From a virus (Duplodnaviria; Caudoviricetes): a DNA stretch of 25,159 bases. Below the pieces are notes generated by a model. It had not been told where the DNA came from. It ran no database searches and saw only the letters and a list, made by a program, of their open reading frames with translations. Of the stretch, positions 1 to 8,836 are shown in pieces. A program made the position numbers and the translations under genes. The DNA lies in IMG/VR virus record IMGVR_UViG_3300028396_000042, positions 1 through 25,159 of that record, one strand, 5' to 3'. Each line of letters begins with the position of its first letter. Position 1 is the stretch's first letter.

Positions 1-711
1 ACATATGTGACGTAGGATCTTAGATCTTGCAATCTCACTATTACCAAATTCGAATGCGAAGATATTATTGTCTTCGCATTCTTGGTTATCAAATCTTTCT
101 AGAACATCATCAAAGCCTGACTTACTAATATCAGATTGGTTACCATCACCACAAATAATATATTTACTATCTCTACCAAACCTTGTTAAAATAGTAGTCA
201 ACTCACCCTTAGTAAGGTTTTGTGCTTCATCAACAACTACAATTGACCTATTGAATGTGAGGCCACGTACAAAGTTAACTGGTATAGCTTCAATAAGACC
301 TTTATGCATAAGCATTTGAGATGTTGATACACTTGTAATCTCTCTGACCTTTTCTACTAAAGGTGCAGCATATGGAGAAAACTTATCATCAACTTCACCT
401 GGTAAAGCTCCTAATGACTTTTCAGCTGATTCAGCAACTGATCTAATATAAATGAGTTTATCAACTACCTCATCACGTATTTGTTCAAGAGCAGAATAGA
501 CAGCTATATATGTCTTCATTGATCCGGCTGGACCATCGACAAATACCATGTTTGTATTTTTATCTCTACACTTATAATAGAATTCTTTTTGTAATTTATT
601 AAAATAAAATGGCTTACGAATGTTAAAATTCAATAACCAATTGTTATTAAATGATTCTTCGAGATCAATATCATCAATCTCCCGACGCTTACGCGAAGTT
701 TTTTTACTCAT
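1..711 (-). CDS. phoH: PhoH-family ATPase (3' end runs off the window; missing from the ORF track)
   Basis: Manual translation from ATG at 711: MSKKTSRKRR...FVDGPAGSMKTYIA...IYIRSVAESAEKSLGALPGEVDDKFSPY...PVNFVRGLTF...VVDEAQN...ICGDGNQSD; all typical PhoH motifs; open to base 1. Confidence 0.93.
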   Translation of the reverse strand, partial: MSKKTSRKRREIDDIDLEESFNNNWLLNFNIRKPFYFNKLQKEFYYKCRDKNTNMVFVDGPAGSMKTYIAVYSALEQIRDEVVDKLIYIRSVAESAEKSLGALPGEVDDKFSPYAAPLVEKVREITSVSTSQMLMHKGLIEAIPVNFVRGLTFNRSIVVVDEAQNLTKGELTTILTRFGRDSKYIICGDGNQSDISKSGFDDVLERFDNQECEDNNIFAFEFGNSEIARSKILRHIC

Positions 712-717
712 TAACAG

Positions 718-724
718 TATTTAT
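718..724 (-). promoter_or_regulatory. T4-like late promoter box ATAAATA for phoH
   Basis: ATAAATA on the minus strand, 6 nt before the ATG at 711. Confidence 0.6.
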
Positions 725-725
725 G

Positions 726-753
726 TTGATATTATAAAAATGCATGTTATAAT
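726..753 (+). promoter_or_regulatory. sigma70-type promoter for queE
   Basis: TTGATA (726-731), 16-nt spacer, TGnTATAAT (745-753); ATG 9 nt downstream. Confidence 0.65.
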
Positions 754-762
754 ATTTGTAAT

Positions 763-1533
763 ATGATAGATTGTGATAATGAATACTTACTAATGGCTGG
801 TGAGAATGGAGTGCCAGAGCTATTTTACACTGTTGAAGGCGAAGGCGAATACATTGGTCAACCTTCCGTCTTTCTTAGGTTATTTGGTTGCAATTTAACT
901 TGCAAAGGTTTTATATCTGAAGATGCTCCTCATGGTTGTGATTCGTTTATCTCTTGGTCAAAGAAGAATAAAGTATCATTTAACGGAATGTTCAAGCTCT
1001 TAGAAGATAGTAATTATATTGAGCATTTAAGAGCAGGCGCTATCTTTAAGTATACAGGCGGTGAACCAATGGTAAGACAAAAGCAGCTGATGAAGTTTAC
1101 TGACGCATTTATTGAGAAGTATGACTTTCTACCCCGTATTGACTTTGAAACTAATGCTACGATGCAGCCTGAAGAAGAGTGGGTAACAAAATATAAAGCT
1201 ACATTTACTACATCACCAAAGCTAACTACAAATGGTGACCCGGAAGAGAAGACATACAAGCCTGAAGTATTAAAATGGCATCGCGACCATAACTCTGGAT
1301 TTAAGTTTGTTATTACATCATCAGAGGATATTGAAGAGATCTGGCGAAAGTATGTTGAAGATACAAATGATGTGAATATTCCTCTGGATCGTGTTTGGTT
1401 TATGCCTTGTGCTGGTTCACGTGAAGAGCATATTAGAAATGCAGAGGCAGTAGCTGAGTATGCTAAAGCAATGCATGTTAACTTCTCTCCTAGACTTCAC
1501 CTACTTCTATGGGATATGGCTCTTAGGGTTTGA
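763..1533 (+). CDS. queE: 7-carboxy-7-deazaguanine synthase-like radical SAM enzyme
   Basis: ELFYTVEGEG..G.PSVFLRLFGCNLTC..CDS, TGGEP, ETN, SPKL, FKFVI, PRLHLLLW match the QueE layout. Confidence 0.85.
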   Translation: MIDCDNEYLLMAGENGVPELFYTVEGEGEYIGQPSVFLRLFGCNLTCKGFISEDAPHGCDSFISWSKKNKVSFNGMFKLLEDSNYIEHLRAGAIFKYTGGEPMVRQKQLMKFTDAFIEKYDFLPRIDFETNATMQPEEEWVTKYKATFTTSPKLTTNGDPEEKTYKPEVLKWHRDHNSGFKFVITSSEDIEEIWRKYVEDTNDVNIPLDRVWFMPCAGSREEHIRNAEAVAEYAKAMHVNFSPRLHLLLWDMALRV

Positions 1534-1557
1534 TTTATTGAGACACTAACATAAGTA
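1530..1557 (+). promoter_or_regulatory. candidate promoter TTGATT-N16-TAAGTA
   Basis: TTGATT 1530-1535, TAAGTA 1552-1557, ATG 7 nt later. Confidence 0.4.
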
Positions 1558-1564
1558 TATAGAC

Positions 1565-2317
1565 ATGAGAATTGCAGTAAGCGGTACATCTAATACAGGT
1601 AAGACTACACTTATTAACAGCTTTTTAGAAAAGTGGTCAACATATGAAGCTCCTAAGGAATCATATAGAGATGTAATTGTTAAGGATAAGCTAGAACATT
1701 CATCTAAGACAACAACAGAAACTCAAGATAAGATAATGGAGTTTATGTTGAATCAGGTTAAAGATAAGTCTAAGACAGTAGATGATAATGTTATATATGA
1801 TAGGTGCCCACTAGATGCTCTTGCGTATTCGATGTGGTGTAATGGTAAGGGATATGATGGTTTTGATACAGAGTATATTCAAAATCAAATTAATGAAGTA
1901 AAGGAATCAATGAGATATTTAGATCTTATTTTTCTATGTAAATTTGACGAGAGTATTACTGTAGTAGATGATGGTATGAGAGATACAAATATTGATCATA
2001 TTAAAGAAGTAGATAATATTTTTGAGGCACTATTTCAGCAATATTTTACAAATGTACATGCTGATGTGTTTTTTCCAAAGGATGATTCACCTGGTATAAT
2101 TAAGCTACCCGCAAATCACCAGAAAAGAATCAATCTTATTGGTGAATATGTTACTGAAGACGGAAGTATGTATGGTGATGAACACTCTATCTTAAATCCA
2201 GAAAACATAAAGGAGTTAGAGACTTTAGTAGAGGCTCAAAGATTATCTCTAGAAAGGGAAAAAGAACAAGAGGATATTCTTAAGAAGAATTTTGATATCG
2301 GTGATCTTAGAATGTAA
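1565..2317 (+). CDS. P-loop nucleotide kinase-like protein (AAA_28/dNMP-kinase-like)
   Basis: N-terminal MRIAVSGTSNTGKTT Walker A; IYDRCPLDALAY; DDGMR lid-like motif. Confidence 0.75.
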   Translation: MRIAVSGTSNTGKTTLINSFLEKWSTYEAPKESYRDVIVKDKLEHSSKTTTETQDKIMEFMLNQVKDKSKTVDDNVIYDRCPLDALAYSMWCNGKGYDGFDTEYIQNQINEVKESMRYLDLIFLCKFDESITVVDDGMRDTNIDHIKEVDNIFEALFQQYFTNVHADVFFPKDDSPGIIKLPANHQKRINLIGEYVTEDGSMYGDEHSILNPENIKELETLVEAQRLSLEREKEQEDILKKNFDIGDLRM

Positions 2318-2319
2318 AT

Positions 2320-2841
2320 ATGAAACAAGTTATATATTTTAATAATCCACAGCGACCTAATAAGTTATCTTTTATAGTAACAGACAAGACGGTAGATTAT
2401 CTGAAGTCAAAAGGTATTATAAATAAGACCGCAACAACTCTTATTAAGGAATTCTGTGATGATGAACAAAGTATAGAGTACGCAAAGCAGGTACATGTTG
2501 ATAAATTGGTATTTAATAATCAAGACAATCCTACAGATGTAATATTTGATAATGAATTAGTTCAAATGTATTATATTGATATATTTAGGCAAATTAGAAA
2601 GGATTCGCTTGATATGTTAGATCGCTTACAAATGAGAGCTTCATCTCAAAATTATGATGATTTAGTTAAAGATATAGAAAAGGATAAACAGCTTCTTCGT
2701 GATATACCTACAAGTTTAAATTATAATAAAACAATGTCTATAATTGATATATCACAAATATTACCACAATCACTATTAGTTAATTATGAAGAAAAGTATT
2801 CCTACCAGTTTGAAAGACGAAATAGACTGGACAATAAATAA
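2320..2841 (+). CDS. hypothetical protein, tail-fibre-assembly-chaperone-like C-terminus
   Basis: RQIRKDSLDMLDRLQMRA...IEKDKQLLRDIP resembles the R..R...L..LD...MRA...K..LRD pattern of phage fibre-associated chaperones. Confidence 0.45.
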   Translation: MKQVIYFNNPQRPNKLSFIVTDKTVDYLKSKGIINKTATTLIKEFCDDEQSIEYAKQVHVDKLVFNNQDNPTDVIFDNELVQMYYIDIFRQIRKDSLDMLDRLQMRASSQNYDDLVKDIEKDKQLLRDIPTSLNYNKTMSIIDISQILPQSLLVNYEEKYSYQFERRNRLDNK

Positions 2842-3313
2842 AATAATATCCAAGATTAAATTTGAAGCAAAACTACACGGTTTAAACACTGTAGATAACT
2901 GGCGTGATCTTGTATCAGAAGAAGCGTTAGATCCATTATCTGATGTAGAGGTAGCGGAAGAAAATAAAAATATATATAATTTCGGTACAGCTGAAACGCA
3001 AAAATTAACACATATTGTCGAGCAACTTTACCCGGGTAAGAAAGTTGAATCGAGTGGCTCTTTTCTATACCCTGAGACAGGTTTTATGGGGTGGCACACT
3101 AACTCTGATTCACCCTGTACACGACTTTATATTACCCATAGTGATGGTGAGTCCTTTTTTAGATATTTAAATGAGGATAATGAAGTTATAACAGACTATG
3201 ATGATAAAGGTATAACGATACGGGAGTTTAATATACCTAAACCACCGAAAAAATTATGGCACTGTATAGGTAGTAATTGCAATAGATACAGTTTTGGTTT
3301 TAGAATATTTTAA
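2786..3313 (+). CDS. cupin/2OG-Fe(II) oxygenase-like protein
   Basis: FLYPETGFMGWHTNSD...LWHCIGSNCNRYSFGF: HxN...H...RxS arrangement. Confidence 0.65.
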   Translation: MKKSIPTSLKDEIDWTINKIISKIKFEAKLHGLNTVDNWRDLVSEEALDPLSDVEVAEENKNIYNFGTAETQKLTHIVEQLYPGKKVESSGSFLYPETGFMGWHTNSDSPCTRLYITHSDGESFFRYLNEDNEVITDYDDKGITIREFNIPKPPKKLWHCIGSNCNRYSFGFRIF

Positions 3314-3675
3314 TGGTTAATGGACATATAATGGAAGGTATATGGGCTCTGCCAGATGAGCCTACAATATGTATTAATATAAAGGAAGTTATAGACTTAA
3401 TCAAGTTGAGACAGTTAACACCACACTGTATTAAAATTAGTGATATAGCGTTTAAAGACTTATCTGTTATTTGTACAAAGTCATCTAGATATCTAAAAGC
3501 TAATACTAACTACCCGGTTGTTGTAGTAAAAGATATGGTAAATCCATTTAATAAACCTTACAGGCTTATAGATGGTAGGCATAGATTATTAAAGTATAAG
3601 AATAATAAAGAAAATTTTATTAACGCTTATGTTTTGTGTCAGAGTGATATAACAAGATTTTTTTACTATGTATAA
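3313..3675 (+). CDS. ParB/sulfiredoxin-like N-terminal domain protein
   Basis: YPVVV...YRLIDGRHRL motif. Confidence 0.65.
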   Translation: MVNGHIMEGIWALPDEPTICINIKEVIDLIKLRQLTPHCIKISDIAFKDLSVICTKSSRYLKANTNYPVVVVKDMVNPFNKPYRLIDGRHRLLKYKNNKENFINAYVLCQSDITRFFYYV

Positions 3676-4421
3676 ACCGCTAGTGTTACGTAGGTTGGAT
3701 CTGCACCTGTAATACCAAAACGTGTGACATGTGTTGCATCATCAACGGGTAGAGATGCACCTCCTCCTTCGTAATGTTTTATAGCAAATAGGGTAAAATT
3801 ATCTTGTTCTCTTGTACCTACATATGTATTATATATGTTCAATCTCCTGTCATAACCTAGGCCTTGTGATGAAACACCTCTATCAACGTTACCTAATACG
3901 ACACAGTAGTTGTTATCCACACGTGCAACAGATTGATCAATAAATATTGTATATTGACCAGTACCATTTTTTTGTACTGTCAAGTTTCTAGATAAAATTG
4001 TTTCTCCCGTACCACCATTAAAAGCTATGTAACCAGCTACGTTAGGTAAACTACCCACAAAACTATTAAGTTTATCTATTTCATTACCTACCTGACTGCT
4101 TAAGTCGCTAACTGTAGTACCTAATTGACTGTTTACAGCGGATAAGCTCTGATTTGTTATACCTAATAGACTCTCAAGGTTATCTATACGTGGGGAGTGA
4201 TTATCAAAAACTCTTGCAGAAAGCTCGAGAATATCTGTTGTATGTTTATTAAAATCAACCTCAAAAGATGTTTGTTCTATATCAAAAACTATATTATCCC
4301 ACGTTATAACACTAGTACCAGCAAGAGTATCTATAACTAACAGGTCAACTGGTTCAATATTGAAAACCTCAGGTAACTCTCTAATATTGTAAATAATCTT
4401 ATTTTCATCTGAACAAGGCAT
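3666..4421 (-). CDS. putative virion/tail-fibre-like protein (coiled coil plus C-terminal beta domain)
   Basis: Central heptad-rich segment; GYIAFNGGTG...NLTVQKNGTGQYTI..D......NYCVV resembles fibre tip domains; late-type promoter box upstream. Confidence 0.55.
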   Translation of the reverse strand: MPCSDENKIIYNIRELPEVFNIEPVDLLVIDTLAGTSVITWDNIVFDIEQTSFEVDFNKHTTDILELSARVFDNHSPRIDNLESLLGITNQSLSAVNSQLGTTVSDLSSQVGNEIDKLNSFVGSLPNVAGYIAFNGGTGETILSRNLTVQKNGTGQYTIFIDQSVARVDNNYCVVLGNVDRGVSSQGLGYDRRLNIYNTYVGTREQDNFTLFAIKHYEGGGASLPVDDATHVTRFGITGADPTYVTLAVYT

Positions 4422-4426
4422 ATCAT

Positions 4427-4433
4427 TATTTAT
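4427..4433 (-). promoter_or_regulatory. late promoter box ATAAATA
   Basis: ATAAATA-ATGAT-ATG on the minus strand (5-nt spacing). Confidence 0.6.
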
Positions 4434-4434
4434 G

Positions 4435-4461
4435 TTGCAATCGCAATTTATCAGCTATAAT
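4435..4461 (+). promoter_or_regulatory. candidate sigma70-type promoter for the glycan operon
   Basis: TTGCAA 4435-4440 and TATAAT 4456-4461 (15-nt spacer, suboptimal); ATG at 4472. Confidence 0.45.
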
Positions 4462-4471
4462 TATAGTATAT

Positions 4472-5305
4472 ATGGGTGAGAAAGTAGGTATAGGTATTGT
4501 GACGTGCAATCGTCCGGATTTTTTGAAACTACTACTAGATAGTATTGATGGCTGTAAGTGTGATGAGCTTGTTGTTCTAAGTGACGGTGAGCCGTTAGAT
4601 ACATGTGATAAATACCACGTTATTAATAACGATACAAATTTAGGTGTCGGTAAATCAAAAAATAAGCTTATGCAATATCTTCTTGATAGAGGCTGTGATT
4701 ATATCTTTATTATAGAAGATGATATGATTATTTTAGATAAAATGGTATTCTCAAAATATATTGAAGCATATAAAAAGAGTGGTATACATCACTTTAACTA
4801 TGGTCCAGGATCTCCTTTTAACAGAAAGCAAACGATACGAAATTTTGATTTACATAATAGGCACTTACTTGATCAGCATTCTGAACCCAAACCACGTTTG
4901 ATTATTGATTACGGTGACGATGTGAAGGTATCACTGTTTAACCACACCGTAGCGATGTTTAGTTTCTTTACGAGAGAGTCGCTTTTAGATGTGGGGTTGT
5001 ATGATGAAGATTATTATAATGCATGGGAGCATGTTGACCATACCTATATGCTAATTAAAGCTGGTTATCACCCACCATTCTGGTGGTTTGCTGATATATT
5101 TGATAGCCATAAATACCTAACTGAAGCTCCGGGGGCGATAGATGATTCATCTATTGCAAATAATAACGAGCAATGGCATAAAAATGTAAGTGAAGGGCGT
5201 GAAATTTATCTTAAAAAGCACGGTCACTACCCGAACCAACCGCCTGTTACGACAAAGGAGCAGGTAATGAGTACTGTAAAGCATCTTAAAAATAACGCAA
5301 AATGA
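4472..5305 (+). CDS. GT2-family glycosyltransferase
   Basis: GIGIVTCNRPDFL, VVLSDG, NLGVGKSKN, YIFIIEDD, VGLYDEDY..AWEHVD. Confidence 0.88.
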   Translation: MGEKVGIGIVTCNRPDFLKLLLDSIDGCKCDELVVLSDGEPLDTCDKYHVINNDTNLGVGKSKNKLMQYLLDRGCDYIFIIEDDMIILDKMVFSKYIEAYKKSGIHHFNYGPGSPFNRKQTIRNFDLHNRHLLDQHSEPKPRLIIDYGDDVKVSLFNHTVAMFSFFTRESLLDVGLYDEDYYNAWEHVDHTYMLIKAGYHPPFWWFADIFDSHKYLTEAPGAIDDSSIANNNEQWHKNVSEGREIYLKKHGHYPNQPPVTTKEQVMSTVKHLKNNAK

Positions 5306-6165
5306 AAATAGCACTCGCAGTTAATACATTTGATACGGATCTAAACAGGTTTAAGATCGCTAATAAATCCTATGAGATGTTAAATAGTATGGATAGTGTT
5401 GATGTCTTTGATATTCAACTACCATCTGTTAAGGGTAAGTTTAAGACTGTAGATAGATTACCTAGAGTTAGTAGTCAGGTTATACCTAACTCGACAAAGG
5501 ATCTACCTTTTGTAAATGATCTTTTTAATATAGCCGCTGACTTGGATTATGATTATTTTATTGTTACAAATGCAGACGTAATGATAAGTCCTAGGCTTAT
5601 TGATCATATTTTAGAAAGGAACATAACAGCACTACCATGCTCCCGGTTAGATGTACATCCAGTAAAAGATATTAAACAGGATATGAGACCTATTAGATGG
5701 GAGATAGCTGGCTTTGATACTTTTTGTTTTAAGACGGGTTGGTATAAAGAGCATAGTGGTTTATTTGAGGATTACATTATGGGTAAGCCATATTATGATC
5801 ATCACTACGCTAGCCTAATGAAAATATTTGGTAACAATGATATCATAGGTAATAAGAACCCAGCCTTCTGCTTACATGAGCATCATGGCTCTGCAGCAGT
5901 AACAACACAAGACGCAGAGCAATTTTTTAATAAGACACAATACAATAACTCACTGTTAGCGCAAAAGTATAAGCCTATATGGGATGAGTTCTTCTACAAT
6001 CAGCTATTAAAAAGATCACCACGAGGGTCCTTTCTAAAGGAAATAGATAATGAGGAGGAATTAGAGTTTAAGCACTTTGAAAAAGAAATAGAAAAAGTAC
6101 ATGATGATATGAAGAAGGATATTAAGCAGTACTGTTTTAAAACTACAACTAATAATTATGAATAA
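5302..6165 (+). CDS. putative GT-A-fold glycosyltransferase
   Basis: LPFVNDL..YDYFIVTNADV (DxD-like), GFDTF, MGKPYYD, CLHEHH; ATGA-coupled to the GT2 gene. Confidence 0.6.
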   Translation: MKIALAVNTFDTDLNRFKIANKSYEMLNSMDSVDVFDIQLPSVKGKFKTVDRLPRVSSQVIPNSTKDLPFVNDLFNIAADLDYDYFIVTNADVMISPRLIDHILERNITALPCSRLDVHPVKDIKQDMRPIRWEIAGFDTFCFKTGWYKEHSGLFEDYIMGKPYYDHHYASLMKIFGNNDIIGNKNPAFCLHEHHGSAAVTTQDAEQFFNKTQYNNSLLAQKYKPIWDEFFYNQLLKRSPRGSFLKEIDNEEELEFKHFEKEIEKVHDDMKKDIKQYCFKTTTNNYE

Positions 6166-6925
6166 ACGTATATGTAAAACTAGTGGTTTAGTTGAGAGGG
6201 AGGATATACAGGATACGTTCTTTATAATATGTAACGGTCCTTCGTTAAAGGGATTTGACTTTGATAAAATTAAAGGTTATGAGAGTATAGCTATGAATGT
6301 ATCATATAGAATGTTTGAAAAGATTGACTTTTGGCCGACATATTTTACCTGTGCTGATCTAGTAGTCGGTATGGCTCATGTTAGTGAATATATTAGGCTT
6401 ATGCAGGAGAGAGATAGTATTTTCCTTTTAAGAAATAACGCATTTAATGCTATATGTAATAGTGGTAAGCTTAATAAGCAAGAATTGTTAAAGTTATATG
6501 AAATTAACTGTAATTACGGTAACTCACCATATACTATTAATATTAACACACGAAGATTTAACGTTCCAGAGCCCGGCTGTACAGGTCAGCTAGCAGCTAC
6601 TTTTGCAATTACTCTCGGTTTTAAGAAGATTGTCTTATTAGGTGCAGATTGCAATTATGTAGAGCGTGTTAAAGGCTCGAAGGACGTAGGTTCAGGTCAA
6701 CTAGTTATAGAAGACGATTCAGAAGAGAATCCAAACTATTGGTTTGATGGCTATCAATCTAAAGGTGATAGATATAACGTACCAGGTGCGATGATTTACC
6801 ATATGAACGGTTGGAAGAGCTTTTCAGAGTTAGCGAGTAAAGCAAACGTAGAGGTAGTAAACTGCAGTATGTCATCTAAGATACCGTTTTTTGAAAAGAA
6901 AGAATTTAAAGATTTAAAATTATGA
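6158..6925 (+). CDS. MAF/DUF115 (GT42 sialyltransferase-like) transferase
   Basis: FFIICNGPSL...IAMN, WPTYF, LGFKKIVLLGADCNY, VVNCS..S.I..FEK. Confidence 0.75.
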   Translation: MNKRICKTSGLVEREDIQDTFFIICNGPSLKGFDFDKIKGYESIAMNVSYRMFEKIDFWPTYFTCADLVVGMAHVSEYIRLMQERDSIFLLRNNAFNAICNSGKLNKQELLKLYEINCNYGNSPYTININTRRFNVPEPGCTGQLAATFAITLGFKKIVLLGADCNYVERVKGSKDVGSGQLVIEDDSEENPNYWFDGYQSKGDRYNVPGAMIYHMNGWKSFSELASKANVEVVNCSMSSKIPFFEKKEFKDLKL

Positions 6926-7569
6926 TAATATATATACCGATTAAGGAAAATTCACAAAGAGTTCCTAACAAAAACTTTAGAGAGTTTAGAGGTAAGCCAC
7001 TATGGGAACATACAGTCGATAAGTTTAAGGGTAGTGACTACAAGGTCTTTATAGATACAGATTCAGATGATATAATTGAAAAGTGTAAAGATAAAGAAGT
7101 TACAGCGTATAAACGACCTAAGCATCTTTGTGGTGATAAGGTCTCTGTTGTAGAGCTACTAAAAAACTTCAGAGAATTTATTTATACACTCTCTATAAAT
7201 GGTAACATATGTCAATTGCATGTTACCTCACCATTCTTAGACTTAAAACACATTGATTTTGCATTTGCAAAAATAGCCAGAGATGGTCATGATTCTGTCT
7301 TTTCAGCTGATGTTATACAAAATAGACTTTGGAGGAATGAAAATTACGGTTTTTGTCCAGTTAATCATAATCCAATGAAGCTGGAACAAACACAAGACCT
7401 GCCTAAATACTTTTGTGAAAATTCTTATCTATATGCCTTCCAGCCTGACGTACTAGATAGTAATAATAGAATTGGTCACACTCCTTATATATTAGAAGTT
7501 GGTTATCCATATAACCTGGATATAGATACAGAATCAGACTGGAAATACATTAAAAATATAACACTATGA
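6922..7569 (+). CDS. acylneuraminate/Kdo-type cytidylyltransferase (NeuA/KdsB family)
   Basis: IPIKENSQRVPNKN...GKPL, VFIDTDS, KRPKHL, HVTSPF, TQDLP..F.EN, LDIDTESDW. Confidence 0.9.
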   Translation: MIIYIPIKENSQRVPNKNFREFRGKPLWEHTVDKFKGSDYKVFIDTDSDDIIEKCKDKEVTAYKRPKHLCGDKVSVVELLKNFREFIYTLSINGNICQLHVTSPFLDLKHIDFAFAKIARDGHDSVFSADVIQNRLWRNENYGFCPVNHNPMKLEQTQDLPKYFCENSYLYAFQPDVLDSNNRIGHTPYILEVGYPYNLDIDTESDWKYIKNITL

Positions 7570-8141
7570 GTGCTATGCACGGACATTCATTATTAATTGA
7601 GTTCTTAGACTCAAACCCTAATATTGAGGGTAAGACTCTAATTGAAATAGGTACTACTAGAGAAAGTCTACCCGGTCAAGATAGTTCATCCTACTTCTAT
7701 AATATAAGTAAAGAGCGTGGAATTAACTTTACTACAGTAGATATGGATCCTGAGAACACAGAAAGAATAAAAAATAGGTTTCCAGGTATAAATGCTATTT
7801 GCTCAAAGGGGGAGGATTTCATAGAGAGTTTTGCAGGTGTTATAGACTATCTATATATTGACGCTTTTGACTTTTTTCATAATAACCACTCCACTAAAAG
7901 ATATGAAGCATATCAAAAAAATCTAAATACAACCATCAATGATAGTGCGTGTCATAAAATGCATTTAGACTGTGCTGTTAACTGTATTGAAAAAATGAGT
8001 AAGGGTGGTATAATTGTTATTGATGATTGTTTTGGTGTAAACTTTGAAAGAGGTAAAGGTGTTACTGCAATACCTTTTTTAATCGATAATGGTTTTAAGG
8101 TAATTAAGAGAAACTCACAAGCTGTAGCACTTCAAAGATAA
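7566..8141 (+). CDS. class I SAM-dependent methyltransferase
   Basis: LIEIGT, TVDMDP, IDYLYIDAFD, GGIIVIDD, GKG motifs. Confidence 0.8.
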   Translation: MSAMHGHSLLIEFLDSNPNIEGKTLIEIGTTRESLPGQDSSSYFYNISKERGINFTTVDMDPENTERIKNRFPGINAICSKGEDFIESFAGVIDYLYIDAFDFFHNNHSTKRYEAYQKNLNTTINDSACHKMHLDCAVNCIEKMSKGGIIVIDDCFGVNFERGKGVTAIPFLIDNGFKVIKRNSQAVALQR

Positions 8142-8836
8142 TGAATTTACTCTGGCAACAGATACCATCACCTCAAATAACTACAATATATTGTCAGTCT
8201 GATTTTGATGGCATCGTGTTTGACGATGAACATGGATGTTTTAACTCTGAAACACTCTTTTCGTTAATACAGATCGCAAAGTTTGCTGGTAAAAAAAGTT
8301 TCGTACGTTTTTCAGAACTTAATAAGACAAAAGTTAGACATTGCTTAGATGCCGGGCTCGATGGTATTATATTCTCAACAGTAGACACATATGAATACGC
8401 TAAGTCTATTTTAGATTATTGTCTATATCCACCAACAGGTAAAAGGGGTCAAGGATTAGTTTGTGAGAATGAATGGGGTAATAAAATGGATTTACTTCAA
8501 AATAGAGATCCAATAATAATAGCTCAGATTGAGAATAGAGCTGGCATTAAGTTACTCAATACTATCGCTAATGATTTTGAGTATTTTATGCTAGGACCAT
8601 ATGACCTTTCTGCTGATTTAGGTTGTGTCGGTGAGTGGGAGAGTGAAGATTATAAGTCAATAATTAGAGAGTTTGAAGATACAATTCCACTAGAAAAGAG
8701 GTGTGTTCATATTGTCAGTGATATTAAAAAGGAGCTTGATAATAAGTTTAAAGGGTATATAATAAAGGCATTGGGGATGGATACAACGTTTCTAAAAACG
8801 TCAATTAATCATTATGAAAACACTAATAACGACTAA
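8141..8836 (+). CDS. HpcH/HpaI-family class II pyruvate aldolase
   Basis: FDGIVFDDEHG, FVR, LDAG.DGI, YPPTGKRG, AQIE, LGPYDLSADLG. Confidence 0.9.
   Translation: MNLLWQQIPSPQITTIYCQSDFDGIVFDDEHGCFNSETLFSLIQIAKFAGKKSFVRFSELNKTKVRHCLDAGLDGIIFSTVDTYEYAKSILDYCLYPPTGKRGQGLVCENEWGNKMDLLQNRDPIIIAQIENRAGIKLLNTIANDFEYFMLGPYDLSADLGCVGEWESEDYKSIIREFEDTIPLEKRCVHIVSDIKKELDNKFKGYIIKALGMDTTFLKTSINHYENTNND

Noticed and set aside
68-319. 83-aa plus-strand ORF
   Set aside because: Antisense shadow of phoH
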